Below, one piece after another: positions 16,809 to 26,318 of a stretch of DNA of 43,321 nt. Source of the DNA: a virus (lineage: Duplodnaviria; Caudoviricetes). The stretch lies in IMG/VR virus record IMGVR_UViG_3300048855_000180, positions 1-43,321 of that record. One strand, 5' to 3'. The stretch's first letter is position 1; every line of letters starts with the position of its first letter. A program made the translations under genes and the position numbers. The notes below the pieces were generated by a model. The model was not told the origin of the DNA and made no database searches. It saw only the letters and a list, made by a program, of their open reading frames with translations.

Positions 16809-17254
16809 CCCTCTCCACCCTCCCGGACGATCCCCGCACCCTGGCCCTGGCTGTGATCGATCAGGCGCTGCGGGATATCTCGGCCGACGTCAGCCCCCGC
16901 CCCGCCCGCCTCAGTCAGTCGCAAACCAAGCCGCATGAGGTCCAGGAGGCTGAGCACTTCCTGACCGACCAGGCGGGGGAGTGGGCCAGCGCGCGCCGCG
17001 ACTGGTGCGATCTCGCCGGCCTCGATGAGAGCGTGCTGCGGCGTAAGGCGCTTGCCCAGGTGCGGCGCTCAGCCAAGGTGCCCAGCACCGCGACGGGAAA
17101 GCTGCGGGCCCTTGAGGTCGGGCAGAGCGTCCTGCTGCCGTACCGGACCCCGTGGATGTTCGGAACCATGAGAGCCAAGGTCCAGCGTACCTGCGGCTAC
17201 GAATTCACCACTCAGGTCGAGAACGGCCAAACCCGCGTGTGGAGGATCAAGTGA
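16805..17254 (+). CDS. Hypothetical protein; C-terminal small domain (LEVGQS...RVWRI)
   Basis: ATGA-coupled 149-aa ORF. Confidence 0.7.
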   Translation: MTLSTLPDDPRTLALAVIDQALRDISADVSPRPARLSQSQTKPHEVQEAEHFLTDQAGEWASARRDWCDLAGLDESVLRRKALAQVRRSAKVPSTATGKLRALEVGQSVLLPYRTPWMFGTMRAKVQRTCGYEFTTQVENGQTRVWRIK

Positions 17255-17259
17255 TCAGC

Positions 17260-17514
17260 ATGCCGCAACAGATTGACGACGTGCTCGCCGCCGCTGGCTG
17301 GCCTGACATGGTTCATCAGCCCCCGCACTACCGCCAGGGCAAGGTCGAGTGCATCGACGCCATCGAGGCCGCGCTCGGGGAGGAAGGGTTCCGGGCGTAC
17401 TGCCGGGGTCAGGTGATCAAGTACTGCTGGCGTAGCGAGCACAAGGGGAACCCCACGCAGGATCTCGCCAAGGCGCAGTGGTATCTCGATCGGTTGCAGC
17501 GGGGGCAAGGGTGA
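17260..17514 (+). CDS. DUF3310 (SaV / T7 gp1.7-like) protein
   Basis: VHQPPHY...ECIDAI...GQVIKYCWR..HKG...DLAKAQWYL. Confidence 0.88.
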   Translation: MPQQIDDVLAAAGWPDMVHQPPHYRQGKVECIDAIEAALGEEGFRAYCRGQVIKYCWRSEHKGNPTQDLAKAQWYLDRLQRGQG

Positions 17515-17768
17515 TGGCAGAATTCGCAAAGGGCGCAGTCTGGGGCCTCTGCTTGATGTTCATTGCTCTGGTTCTCGTCATCGGTGCGGGGGGTGTGGTC
17601 AATGCTGTGTTCCCCCGCCAACTCGATGATACCGATCCTCCCGGCGGGCGCTCTCAGATGCTCTCCCTCACCGACCACAGGACCGGTTGCCAGTACCTCA
17701 TGGCTTCCCACGGCGGGCTGACCCCGCGACTGGCGGCAGACGGAAGCCATATGGGGTGCAAGCCATGA
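17514..17768 (+). CDS. DUF6440-like membrane-anchored protein
   Basis: N-terminal TM; TDHRTGCQYL...GGLTPRL.ADG. Confidence 0.75.
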   Translation: MAEFAKGAVWGLCLMFIALVLVIGAGGVVNAVFPRQLDDTDPPGGRSQMLSLTDHRTGCQYLMASHGGLTPRLAADGSHMGCKP

Positions 17769-18121
17769 ACCCTAATCCAGACGGAGCCCCGCACTACAAC
17801 GCATGGTGGGCCGGCGGCACCGGGGGCGATGCGACGGAGGATGCTGGCTTCGTCGAATTCCAGAGATTGGTGCGAATTGCCGTGAGCGCGGAAGTCCCCG
17901 ACGCTCATCTCGACTTCGCGGCCTTCGAGCGCGGGTCGCGTTGGGCCTCTAAGATGTCGGTCACCCGGCCCGGCAAGCGTCTCGATAAGCCAGTTGTTTA
18001 CGGCGTCGTCATCGGGTCGTTTCCAGCCACCGACACGCCGGCTCAGCTAGCCGCACGCGCTTCGGCATCTCTGCTGGCCAACTATCGCAAGTCCAGGCTG
18101 GGCGAAGGAGCAACCCCATGA
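17765..18121 (+). CDS. Hypothetical protein (MNPNPDGAPH...)
   Basis: ATGA-coupled on both sides. Confidence 0.6.
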   Translation: MNPNPDGAPHYNAWWAGGTGGDATEDAGFVEFQRLVRIAVSAEVPDAHLDFAAFERGSRWASKMSVTRPGKRLDKPVVYGVVIGSFPATDTPAQLAARASASLLANYRKSRLGEGATP

Positions 18122-18621
18122 CCAGCACCGTGACCCAAGCCGCCCTCCGCAACGGCACCCGGCGGGCTGTGGATCGGCCTGACCGCCCTCGCAGCGATCT
18201 AGGCCCCAACGGACCAGCCGCGAAGGCAAGGGCTTCTACGGTCGTGGAGACGGCTGAGGCGGGGGTGAAGGTGCGATGGGTCGAGGACCAGGGACCGATC
18301 GCGCACTATCGGCGCAACGCCCTGCTGACTGACCGGCAGTGCGATGCCGTGTCCAGGCTGGCCGAGCACTATGAGGAAAGCGGGCGCAGGCAGGGTGTGG
18401 TTGGTGGGTATGGGGCCAGGATCGGGGGCAAGCACGAGATGAGCGACGGCCAGGCGGAGGAGTGGAGGCGGTACTGCCGCCTCCTGGATGAAGCTCCACC
18501 CGCGACACGTCATGCGCTGGCCATGGTGGCAGCGGGCGAGTTCCCTGGGTTTACCGGCGCCCTGGCCTTGCTGCGGACAGGGGCTGCCGCGCTGGCCGAC
18601 CATCTGCGGTTTAACTATTGA
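18118..18621 (+). CDS. Putative late-gene regulator (Q-position; DUF6456-like)
   Basis: Last gene of the early-right operon; LRTGAAALADH C-terminus; followed by a promoter and terminator. Confidence 0.6.
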   Translation: MTSTVTQAALRNGTRRAVDRPDRPRSDLGPNGPAAKARASTVVETAEAGVKVRWVEDQGPIAHYRRNALLTDRQCDAVSRLAEHYEESGRRQGVVGGYGARIGGKHEMSDGQAEEWRRYCRLLDEAPPATRHALAMVAAGEFPGFTGALALLRTGAAALADHLRFNY

Positions 18622-18646
18622 CGCGAAGGCAGTCTTGAACTAAGTG
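18618..18646 (+). promoter_or_regulatory. Putative late promoter
   Basis: TTGACG-N17-TAAGTG overlapping the regulator stop codon. Confidence 0.55.
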
Positions 18647-18664
18647 AAGCGGCGAAGCCTTCCG

Positions 18665-18700
18665 CGCGCCTACTGCTCAGCAGTGGGCGCGTTTTCGTTT
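18665..18700 (+). terminator. Intrinsic terminator just downstream of the late promoter
   Basis: CGCGCCTACTGC-TCA-GCAGTGGGCGCG followed by TTTTCGTTT. Confidence 0.7.
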
Positions 18701-18714
18701 CCGGAGCCTGCCCC

Positions 18715-19464
18715 ATGGTCGGCATCTCCATCACCCTCGACACCAAGCCCCTGCAGGACCTGTTGCGCAAGACTAACCGGGACATGGCGACAGCGGCCTA
18801 CAAGGCGCTGAACCAGACTGCTCAGGACGTACAGGCTGCGCTCAAGGCCGAGATGCAGAAGGTGTTCTACAAGCCTACCCCCTATGTGCTGAACAGCACT
18901 GAGATTGCGTGGGCCAGGCGGGACAACCTGCAGGCCGCAGTCCAGTTCAGGAACAGGCTAGGCAACCTGAGGGGCGGCGATCCCGCCGACATGATCGGGG
19001 CTCAGGTCTTCGGTGGGACACGATCGCAGAAGCGGTCTGAGATCAGGCTAGGGGCGCTGTCCTCTGGTGGTCAGGCCATCTACATGATGCCCGCACGGTT
19101 CGCGCAGTACGATGCCAACGGCAATCCGAGCCGGGGCGAGTTGTCCATCATCATGTCGCAGCTGGGTGTGCTGAACCGCGGCGACAACAGGGCTGCCCGT
19201 CGAGGCAAGAGGACCAGGAAGGCTCGGACAGAGTACTTCGCCATCTTCGGCAGAGGCGAGGGCTTCAGCCTCATGGGCAACGCCCTGGCACCCGGCATCT
19301 ACCGGAAGAACGCAGCGGGCCGTCCGCTGCCGGTCTACTTTTTCATGAAGGGCCGGCCGCAGTACCGGAAGCGGCTGAGGTGGCACGAGGTGGCCAACGC
19401 CACGGTGCGGGCCAAGATCGCGGGGAACTTCGCGGCCGAGATGGCGAAGGTGGTCGAGAGGTAG
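18715..19464 (+). CDS. Basic morphogenesis protein, probable tail-completion (gpZ/gp10-like)
   Basis: ALNQTA...VFYKPTPY.LNS motif; Arg/Lys-rich; first late gene, upstream of cos. Confidence 0.55.
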   Translation: MVGISITLDTKPLQDLLRKTNRDMATAAYKALNQTAQDVQAALKAEMQKVFYKPTPYVLNSTEIAWARRDNLQAAVQFRNRLGNLRGGDPADMIGAQVFGGTRSQKRSEIRLGALSSGGQAIYMMPARFAQYDANGNPSRGELSIIMSQLGVLNRGDNRAARRGKRTRKARTEYFAIFGRGEGFSLMGNALAPGIYRKNAAGRPLPVYFFMKGRPQYRKRLRWHEVANATVRAKIAGNFAAEMAKVVER

Positions 19465-19576
19465 GATCGGAGCGGCCGAGCCACGCGCCACGCGCGGGAC
19501 TGACGCCGTTAGGGCGTCCAGCTATGCATTGAACGCGGGCGGGCAGCAGGTAGGGCGGGGGTACCCCCACCCCTTT

Positions 19577-19623
19577 GGGTCCTTCCCCCCGATTTTCTGA
19601 TCGCAGGGGTTCGGACCCCGCAA
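19577..19623 (+). other. Lambda-like cos site: cosQ GGGTCCT (19577-19583), predicted cohesive end GGGTTCGGACCC (19607-19618)
   Basis: Exact lambda cosQ heptamer with lambda-like spacing to a 12-mer resembling GGGCGGCGACCT; just upstream of terS. Confidence 0.75.
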
Positions 19624-19661
19624 TTTGGCTAGGCGGCGGCGCTCTATAGGGGTTGTGACGT

Positions 19662-20168
19662 ATGGCCACCCAAGCCGAGGTCGCCTCGCACCTTGATCTG
19701 ACCCAGCAGGCCGTCGGCAAGATGGTGGCGGACGGGGTGCTCCCGTCCGGCGTCGGCCGCGGCAACATGGATCTGAACGAGTGCCGGGTGGCCTATATCC
19801 GCCACCTCCGGGCCCGCAAGGCTGGCTGGTCGTCCGATGCTGCTGAGGAAGAGGGCCTAGACCTCGTCGCCGAGCGCGCACGCCTCGCCAAAGAGCAGGC
19901 CGACGCCCAGAGCATGAAGAACGCACTGGTCCGCGCTGAGCTGGTGCTGGTCGGGCCGCATACCAGCGCCATCCTGGGCCTGATCGAGATGACCAAAGCC
20001 CGCCTTTTACGGGTGGGGGCTGACGTGGCGAAGACCGATGCGCAGCTCCGAATCAGGATTGATGCCGCAGTCGAGGATGCCCTGGAGGATCTGACGATCA
20101 CCCGGGTTCAGGAGACTGCCGGCGGGGGCGAGGATGAAGAAGCCGAAGGCGAACCAGCCGACGCCTAG
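19662..20168 (+). CDS. terS: Terminase small subunit (Nu1-like)
   Basis: N-terminal wHTH (TQAEVASHLDLTQQAV) and ERARLAKEQAD coiled coil. Confidence 0.9.
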   Translation: MATQAEVASHLDLTQQAVGKMVADGVLPSGVGRGNMDLNECRVAYIRHLRARKAGWSSDAAEEEGLDLVAERARLAKEQADAQSMKNALVRAELVLVGPHTSAILGLIEMTKARLLRVGADVAKTDAQLRIRIDAAVEDALEDLTITRVQETAGGGEDEEAEGEPADA

Positions 20169-22119
20169 CGTCCTGGAGGTCCCGGGCGCGCGTCTTGCAG
20201 AAGAAGCCCGCCGCTGGTTCGCTGCATGGAAGCCCAAGAAGACCATCAGCCTCTCGGCCTGGTCTGAGCAGAACGCCCGCCTGGTAGACGGCCGACGGTA
20301 CCGTGCGTTCCCGTTCCAACGGGGCATCGCGGACGCCTTCACCGACCCGGCGGTTACCCAGATCACGGTCAAGAAGTCGAGCCGCATCGGCTATTCGCAG
20401 ATCGTGCAGAACTACGTCGGCTATTGCATCCACCAGCGGCCAACGCGGCTCCTGATCTACCAGCCGACGATCGACGACGCCGAAAAGTACAGCAAGGACG
20501 ACCTGGAGCCGGTCCTGCAGTGGCCTTCCACCCGCAGCGTGGTGACATTCAAGCCGCGGCATCCGGACAATCAGGTCCGGGCCAAGCGCTTCCCTGGCGG
20601 GTGGGTCCAGATCAAGGGCGCGAATAGCCCCAAGGAGTTCCGGCGCGTCACCGCCGACAAGGTGCTGCTGGAGGAACCGGACGGATACCCGCCATCAGCC
20701 GGCCAGGAAGGCGACCAGGCGGCTCTGGCGTTCAAGCGGTGCGTCACCTCGAACGAGCCGCTGAAAGCCGCTGGCAGCACGCCTACGGTCGCTGGCACTA
20801 GTCGTATCGACGCGCTGTTCTTGGCTGGCACGCAGGAACATCGGTATGTGCCGTGCCCCCATTGCGGGGTGTCGCAGCGGCTGGTGTTTGGCGACGGCAC
20901 AGGGCCCGGTATCCGCTGGGCACCGAAGGAGAACCCGACCCGCGCCTGGTACCGGTGCGAGAGTGGCTGCGACATCGAAGAGAGCCACAAGGCTTCGATG
21001 GATGAGGCTGGCGAATGGCGGGCGCATGCGCCGGAGAATGGACCGGGGCACCGGTCCTTTCACATCTGGGCCGCCTACAGCCAGTTCCCTGGCGCGGCGT
21101 GGCTGGCGATCGCCAAGGAGTTCCTGGAGGTCCGCAAGGACCCGAACAAGCTCAAGACCTTCGTCAACCAGACGCTAGGCGAGACTTGGCAGGTCCGGGG
21201 CGAGGCGCCGGAATGGCGGCGGCTGTACGATCGGAGGGAGAGCTATCCGGTGGGGATCGTACCCAAGGAAGCGCTCCTGCTCACCGGCGGGCTGGACGTG
21301 CAGAAGGGGCATCTGGAGCTATTCGTCTGGGCTTGGGGCAAGGATCGGCAGTCCTGGCTGATTGATCACGTGGTGCTGCAGGGCAACCCGTTTACGCGGG
21401 AGGTCTGGGACAGCGCGAGCGAGGCAATCCGACAGACGTACCGGCACGCCAGCGGCGTCGAGGTCCGGCTTTCCAAGGTGGGCGCCGATACCGGCTTCGC
21501 GACGACGCAGGTTGAAGCCTGGGCCCGCCGGCATACTGGCCTGGTAATCCCGGTAAAGGGCGCGAACAACATCTCCGCGCCGGTCTTTGCCTGGTCCGGG
21601 GTGCGGGACACGACGGCCGGCGGCAAGAAGCCTAAGCGCGGCCTCAAGCTGGGTATGGTGGGCGGCCACCTGATTACGCTGGAGCTGTACGGGCTTCTGG
21701 CACTGGATCCGCCGACCAAGGAAGACGTGAAGCTCGGTGTCGTGCACCCCGCGGGCTATGTGCACCTCAATGATCTGGCCAGCGAAGAGTTCTGCAAGCA
21801 GTTGGTCGGCGACCAATGGCTAGAAGAGAAGGCCGAGTGGAAGAAGGTGCACGCGACCGAAGCCTTGGATGGCTGGAAGTACGCGCGCGCCGTGTTCACC
21901 GCCATGGGCCTGGATCGCAAGCCAGCGTCTTGGTGGCGCGGCCTGGAAGCTGCGTATGCTTCTGAGCCCGAGGCCGCTGCGGCAGAGCCTGAAGACACAG
22001 AAGACGATGCCTCGCCGGAGATTCCGCCGGCCCGGGCCAGTATCGAGACGCCTGTTCCGCCGGTTCGTCCGAAGTATGCCCCCCGGTATCCGGGCGGTGG
22101 CAGTTGGTTTGGGAGGTGA
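20134..22119 (+). CDS. terL: Terminase large subunit, lambda GpA family
   Basis: KSSRIGYS Walker A, GSTPT, VPCPHCG, TFVNQTLGETW, GLDVQ. Confidence 0.96.
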   Translation: MKKPKANQPTPSVLEVPGARLAEEARRWFAAWKPKKTISLSAWSEQNARLVDGRRYRAFPFQRGIADAFTDPAVTQITVKKSSRIGYSQIVQNYVGYCIHQRPTRLLIYQPTIDDAEKYSKDDLEPVLQWPSTRSVVTFKPRHPDNQVRAKRFPGGWVQIKGANSPKEFRRVTADKVLLEEPDGYPPSAGQEGDQAALAFKRCVTSNEPLKAAGSTPTVAGTSRIDALFLAGTQEHRYVPCPHCGVSQRLVFGDGTGPGIRWAPKENPTRAWYRCESGCDIEESHKASMDEAGEWRAHAPENGPGHRSFHIWAAYSQFPGAAWLAIAKEFLEVRKDPNKLKTFVNQTLGETWQVRGEAPEWRRLYDRRESYPVGIVPKEALLLTGGLDVQKGHLELFVWAWGKDRQSWLIDHVVLQGNPFTREVWDSASEAIRQTYRHASGVEVRLSKVGADTGFATTQVEAWARRHTGLVIPVKGANNISAPVFAWSGVRDTTAGGKKPKRGLKLGMVGGHLITLELYGLLALDPPTKEDVKLGVVHPAGYVHLNDLASEEFCKQLVGDQWLEEKAEWKKVHATEALDGWKYARAVFTAMGLDRKPASWWRGLEAAYASEPEAAAAEPEDTEDDASPEIPPARASIETPVPPVRPKYAPRYPGGGSWFGR

Positions 22120-22121
22120 CG

Positions 22122-22355
22122 ATGGCGACGATTGTCGAGATCGATGCCCAAATCAGCGTAATCACGCTTGCTCTCGGGCGGGGGGAAAGCAAAGTGCGCT
22201 TTCCGGATGGGAGCGAGGTCACCTATCGATCCACCTCGGACATGCGGCTTGCGCTGGATACTCTGCGCCGGGAGCGCGACATCCTCTCCACGGGCGGCCT
22301 GACCGGCCGTGTGCGGCCGCAATTCTTCCTCGTGAGGCCCGTCCGTGACTGGTAA
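22122..22355 (+). CDS. Head-tail joining protein gpW-like
   Basis: GESKVRFPDGSEVTYRS; located between terL and portal; GGAGG RBS. Confidence 0.85.
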   Translation: MATIVEIDAQISVITLALGRGESKVRFPDGSEVTYRSTSDMRLALDTLRRERDILSTGGLTGRVRPQFFLVRPVRDW

Positions 22356-23859
22356 GGCCTCCTTCGTCGACCGCATGCTAGGCGTCGTTGGGCTCCAGCG
22401 CGCGCCGGAGGTCAAAGCTTACGCGGCCGGCCGGCAGAACCCGCGCACCCGTTGGTGGCGCGCTGGCCAGACCGGTCCCAACGCTGAGATTGGGCCAGCC
22501 TTGGCCATGCTGCGGGCCAGGTCGCGGCAGATGGTGCGCGACAACCCGTATGCCGCCCGGGCAGTGACGATCGTTGCCCAGCACCAAGTCGGGTATGGCA
22601 TCACGGCCCGCTGGAAGGACCCTGAAGCACAGACGCTCTGGGATGATTGGTGCAAATCCTGCGACCTGCACGGCATGCAGGACTTTGGCGGGATGCAGCT
22701 GCTGGCTGCCCGCAGCAGGTCCGAGAGTGGGGAAGCGCTGATGCGGCTTGTGCCGCTGTCTGCTGCGGAAGCGCGGCGTCAAGGCGCCAAAATCCCGCTA
22801 AAACTGGAGCTCCTGGAGGGAGATTTCCTCCCGGAAGACGGCGGAACACTGCTTGAGGGCCAGCTGTCAGTCGGCCACAGGGTGGTCCAGGGCGTCGAGT
22901 TCAATTCCTACGGCCAGCGGGTGAAATACTGGCTCCGCAAGGAGCACCCAGGCGAGTTGGGGCGCTTTATCAGCACGGGCGACGAGCTTCAGGCGGTGCC
23001 TGCGGAGCAGATTCTTCACATCTACCGCATCCAGCGTCCCGGGCAGGTCCGGGGCGTGCCGGATGCGGCACCCGCGCTCCTGCGTCTACGGATGCTGGAC
23101 GACTACGAGGAAACCGCGCTCGCTCAGGCCGTGTCTCAGTCGATGCTGGGCGTGTTTTTCACCACTCCGGGCGATCTGGATGGCACCCCGGAACCTGGTC
23201 CGGGCGGTCTTTCGGCCGAGGCTCCAGAGATCCCAGCCTTTGACCTGCGGCCCGGCATGACGATGAGTCTGCCGCCGGGCACCGAGCCGAAGTTCTTGCA
23301 GCCGAGCGGGGCAGGGGCGTTTGAGCCCTTCGCGATGCACTCGCTGATGGCGATTTCGGTTGGCTGGGGTGTGACCTACGACCAGCTGACCGGAGATCTG
23401 CGCCAGGCCAACTATTCCAGCCTTCGTGCCGGCAAAATCGAGTTTCGCCGCCTGATTGAAACCGACCAGTGGCAGGTATTCATCCCGCGCATGTGCCAGC
23501 CGGTGGCCGACGCATTCCTTCGAGCCGCGCGGGCTGTCGGTCTGCTTGGCCCGGAAGACTACGCCGTCGAGTGGGGTCCGCCCCGCATGGAGATGGTGAA
23601 TCCGAGCGAGGAAGTGCCGACCATCCGCGATGCGGTGCGCAGCGGCCTGATCTCTTGGCCGCAAGCGGTCTCGGAGCTTGGTTTCGATCCCGACCGGGTG
23701 CTGAGCGAGATCAAGACGTGGAACGCAAAACTGGATGCCGCCGGAATTATTCTCGATAGCGACCCAAGGCGGACAACCCTTTCCGGTGGCGCGCAGGACC
23801 CGAAGCAGAACGCCGCGGTGCAGTTAGGCGCCAACGGCCGGGTCCAACCGGCTAACTAA
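22345..23859 (+). CDS. Portal protein, lambda gpB family
   Basis: LRARSRQMVRDNPYA, RPGQVRGVP, LTGDLRQANYSSLR. Confidence 0.95.
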   Translation: MTGKASFVDRMLGVVGLQRAPEVKAYAAGRQNPRTRWWRAGQTGPNAEIGPALAMLRARSRQMVRDNPYAARAVTIVAQHQVGYGITARWKDPEAQTLWDDWCKSCDLHGMQDFGGMQLLAARSRSESGEALMRLVPLSAAEARRQGAKIPLKLELLEGDFLPEDGGTLLEGQLSVGHRVVQGVEFNSYGQRVKYWLRKEHPGELGRFISTGDELQAVPAEQILHIYRIQRPGQVRGVPDAAPALLRLRMLDDYEETALAQAVSQSMLGVFFTTPGDLDGTPEPGPGGLSAEAPEIPAFDLRPGMTMSLPPGTEPKFLQPSGAGAFEPFAMHSLMAISVGWGVTYDQLTGDLRQANYSSLRAGKIEFRRLIETDQWQVFIPRMCQPVADAFLRAARAVGLLGPEDYAVEWGPPRMEMVNPSEEVPTIRDAVRSGLISWPQAVSELGFDPDRVLSEIKTWNAKLDAAGIILDSDPRRTTLSGGAQDPKQNAAVQLGANGRVQPAN

Positions 23860-23870
23860 GAGGAACCATC

Positions 23871-25961
23871 ATGAAATCGATCGGCGAAACTGACCTCTCC
23901 GAGGTGCAGGCCATTGAGCGCGACCTGCCCCTGGCGGACAGCGACAAGGCGCCGAGCGTGACTGCCCTCGCGGCCAGCTCCGCGGAGCTTGGGCTCTATG
24001 GCGTAGTGGGCCTCGACGTTACTGCGGTGGGCATGCGGGCCGCCCTCGCCATGGTTGGCGACCGTGATCTGACGATCCGCATCGCCTCTCCCGGCGGCAA
24101 GGTCTTCGACGGACTGGCCATGTTCGCCATGCTGTCGCGGCACAAAGGGCACAAGACGGTTGTGGTCGAGGGCCTGGCCGGAAGTGCCGCGAGCTTTGTC
24201 GCGATGGCAGGCGACACCATCGAGATGGGTGCCTCGTCCTTCATGATGATCCACAACTCGCGCTCCGTAGCGATGGGTGATCGTCACACGCTGGCAGAGA
24301 CCGCGGCGATCAATGAGCGCATCGACGGCGCGATGGCCGGCATCTACGCCGCCCGCACCGGTCTGCCTCGCGATGAGATTGCAGCGATGATGGACGAGGA
24401 AACCTGGATGACTGCAGCCGAGGCGGTTCAGAGGGGTTTCGCCAGCGTCGTCACCGATGATTTGCCCGCTCCAAATGCCCTGACGCCAGACGCGTTGTGC
24501 ATGGTGGCGGCGCTCAAGAATGCACCCGAGGCCATCATGGCTATGGCTCGCGCTGCTACCCCGCCGGCGGTGCCGGCCCAACACCAGGAGGTCACCTTGA
24601 CCATTGCGACCATCCCGGCGGGGCCAGCTCCCGCCGATGCCACGGCTACGTCCGCTATCGCCACGCCCCCGGCCCAGGAGCCCCATGTGACCACGAACAC
24701 CCCCGTGGCTGCGACGCTGGAGCAGATCCAGGCCGTTGCCGCTCGCGCCAATCTCGGATCCGACTTCATCGTGGCGCAGCTTGCCGCTCGGTCCAGCCCC
24801 GCCGCCGTTGCAGACGCTGCGATCGATGCCATCGCGCAAGGCGTGCCGCAGCGGGCCGCCGGCATCAACGCGGTGATGCGCGACGGGCGCGTGGATGCCC
24901 GGGAGAATATGGAGCACGCGCTGATGGCGCGCGCCGGGCTCAAGGGCTACGATCCGTCCCGCGCCCAGGCTTACGCCGGGATGTCCCTGGTCGAGATCGC
25001 CCGCGAGTCCATCTCGGCGGTCGGCGGTAGCTCCCGCGGCATGGACCGCAACGCGATTGCCGGCGCCGCGCTCGGCATGCCGAACTTCATGGCAGCGGCC
25101 GGCCTGCACACTACCAGCGACTTCCCCCAGGTGCTGGCCAATGTGGCCCGCAAGTCGCTGTTGGCCGGGTACAACGCCGTCTCGCCGGTCTGGCGCCAGC
25201 TCGCCCGGGTGGTATCGCACTCCGACTACAAGCCGGTCGCCTATGCCCGCATGGGTGAAGCTCCGGCCCTGCTGAAGACTGCCGAGCATCAGCCGTACAC
25301 CTATGGCACGATGGCCGAGCGCGGCACGGCCATGGCTGTCGAGAAATGGGGGCGCCTGATCGGCGTGACCCGCGAAGTCATTATCAATGACGATCTCGGC
25401 GCCTTCACCCGCCTGCCGCAGTCCTTCGGCTATGCCGCGGCCGACACCATTCAGAAGCAGTTCTGGGCCACACTCGTCGCCAATCCGGTGATGAGCGATG
25501 GCGTGGCGCTGTTCCATGCCAACCATGGCAACCTGGCCGGCTCGGGCACGGTGATCAACACGGCCAGCATCAGCGCCGCCCGCCGGGCGATGCGGGTGCA
25601 GAAGGGTATCGACGGCCGGGCTATCCAGGTTGCGCCGAAGTATCTGATCGTCTCCCCCGACAAGGAGACGGAAGCGCAGACCTTCCTGGCGACGGTGCAG
25701 AATGCCGACTACTCGGCCGCAATCTTCGCCAACAGCCTGACCCTGGTTGTCACGCCGGAGCTGACCGGCAACGTCTGGTACCTGGCAGCCGACCCGGCTG
25801 CGCTGGACACCATCTACGTGGCCTTCCTGAATGGCCGCGAGGAGCCCCGCATCGAAGAGCGCATGGGCTTCGAGGTGGATGGCATGGAGATCAAGGCCGC
25901 GATCGACTTCGGCGTGGCGCCGATCGACTGGGTCGGCCTCTACAAGAACCCCGGCGCGTAA
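23871..25961 (+). CDS. ClpP-type prohead protease fused to major capsid protein
   Basis: IASPGG, GLAGSAAS, MMIHN, EETWM; Ala/Pro linker; HTTSDFP, REVIINDDLGAF capsid motifs. Confidence 0.92.
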   Translation: MKSIGETDLSEVQAIERDLPLADSDKAPSVTALAASSAELGLYGVVGLDVTAVGMRAALAMVGDRDLTIRIASPGGKVFDGLAMFAMLSRHKGHKTVVVEGLAGSAASFVAMAGDTIEMGASSFMMIHNSRSVAMGDRHTLAETAAINERIDGAMAGIYAARTGLPRDEIAAMMDEETWMTAAEAVQRGFASVVTDDLPAPNALTPDALCMVAALKNAPEAIMAMARAATPPAVPAQHQEVTLTIATIPAGPAPADATATSAIATPPAQEPHVTTNTPVAATLEQIQAVAARANLGSDFIVAQLAARSSPAAVADAAIDAIAQGVPQRAAGINAVMRDGRVDARENMEHALMARAGLKGYDPSRAQAYAGMSLVEIARESISAVGGSSRGMDRNAIAGAALGMPNFMAAAGLHTTSDFPQVLANVARKSLLAGYNAVSPVWRQLARVVSHSDYKPVAYARMGEAPALLKTAEHQPYTYGTMAERGTAMAVEKWGRLIGVTREVIINDDLGAFTRLPQSFGYAAADTIQKQFWATLVANPVMSDGVALFHANHGNLAGSGTVINTASISAARRAMRVQKGIDGRAIQVAPKYLIVSPDKETEAQTFLATVQNADYSAAIFANSLTLVVTPELTGNVWYLAADPAALDTIYVAFLNGREEPRIEERMGFEVDGMEIKAAIDFGVAPIDWVGLYKNPGA

Positions 25962-25982
25962 GGGCAGGCAAGGAGCACCCCC

Positions 25983-26309
25983 ATGAAGAACTATGTTCAG
26001 ATCCCTGACCTGATCCTGGTCACGGCCCCCCGCGTGCTGGCCAGTGGCGATGGCTGCCTCGTCGGCACCCTGTTTGGGGTCGCTACGAAGGCTGCCGCCA
26101 ACGGCGCAACAGTCACCGTCCAGACCATGGGCGTGGTTGAACTGCCCAAGGCGGCGACCATTACCCCGGCGGAGGGCGCCGCCCTCTACTGGGACAACAC
26201 GGCCTTCTCAGTCACGGCCACTGCTTCCGGCAACACGCTCATCGGCAAGGCTGTTCTGCCGGTGGCGGCTGCCAACGACGCGGTAATCCGTCTGCGCCTG
26301 AACGGCTAA
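25983..26309 (+). CDS. DUF2190 capsid decoration/cement protein
   Basis: MKNYVQ...GTLFGVA...GVVELPK...LYWD...IGKA. Confidence 0.88.
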   Translation: MKNYVQIPDLILVTAPRVLASGDGCLVGTLFGVATKAAANGATVTVQTMGVVELPKAATITPAEGAALYWDNTAFSVTATASGNTLIGKAVLPVAAANDAVIRLRLNG

Positions 26310-26318
26310 GAGGTCTCG

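Noticed and set aside
23856-25526. 556-aa minus-strand ORF
   Set aside because: Antisense shadow of the capsid gene, expected at high GC3; no motifs
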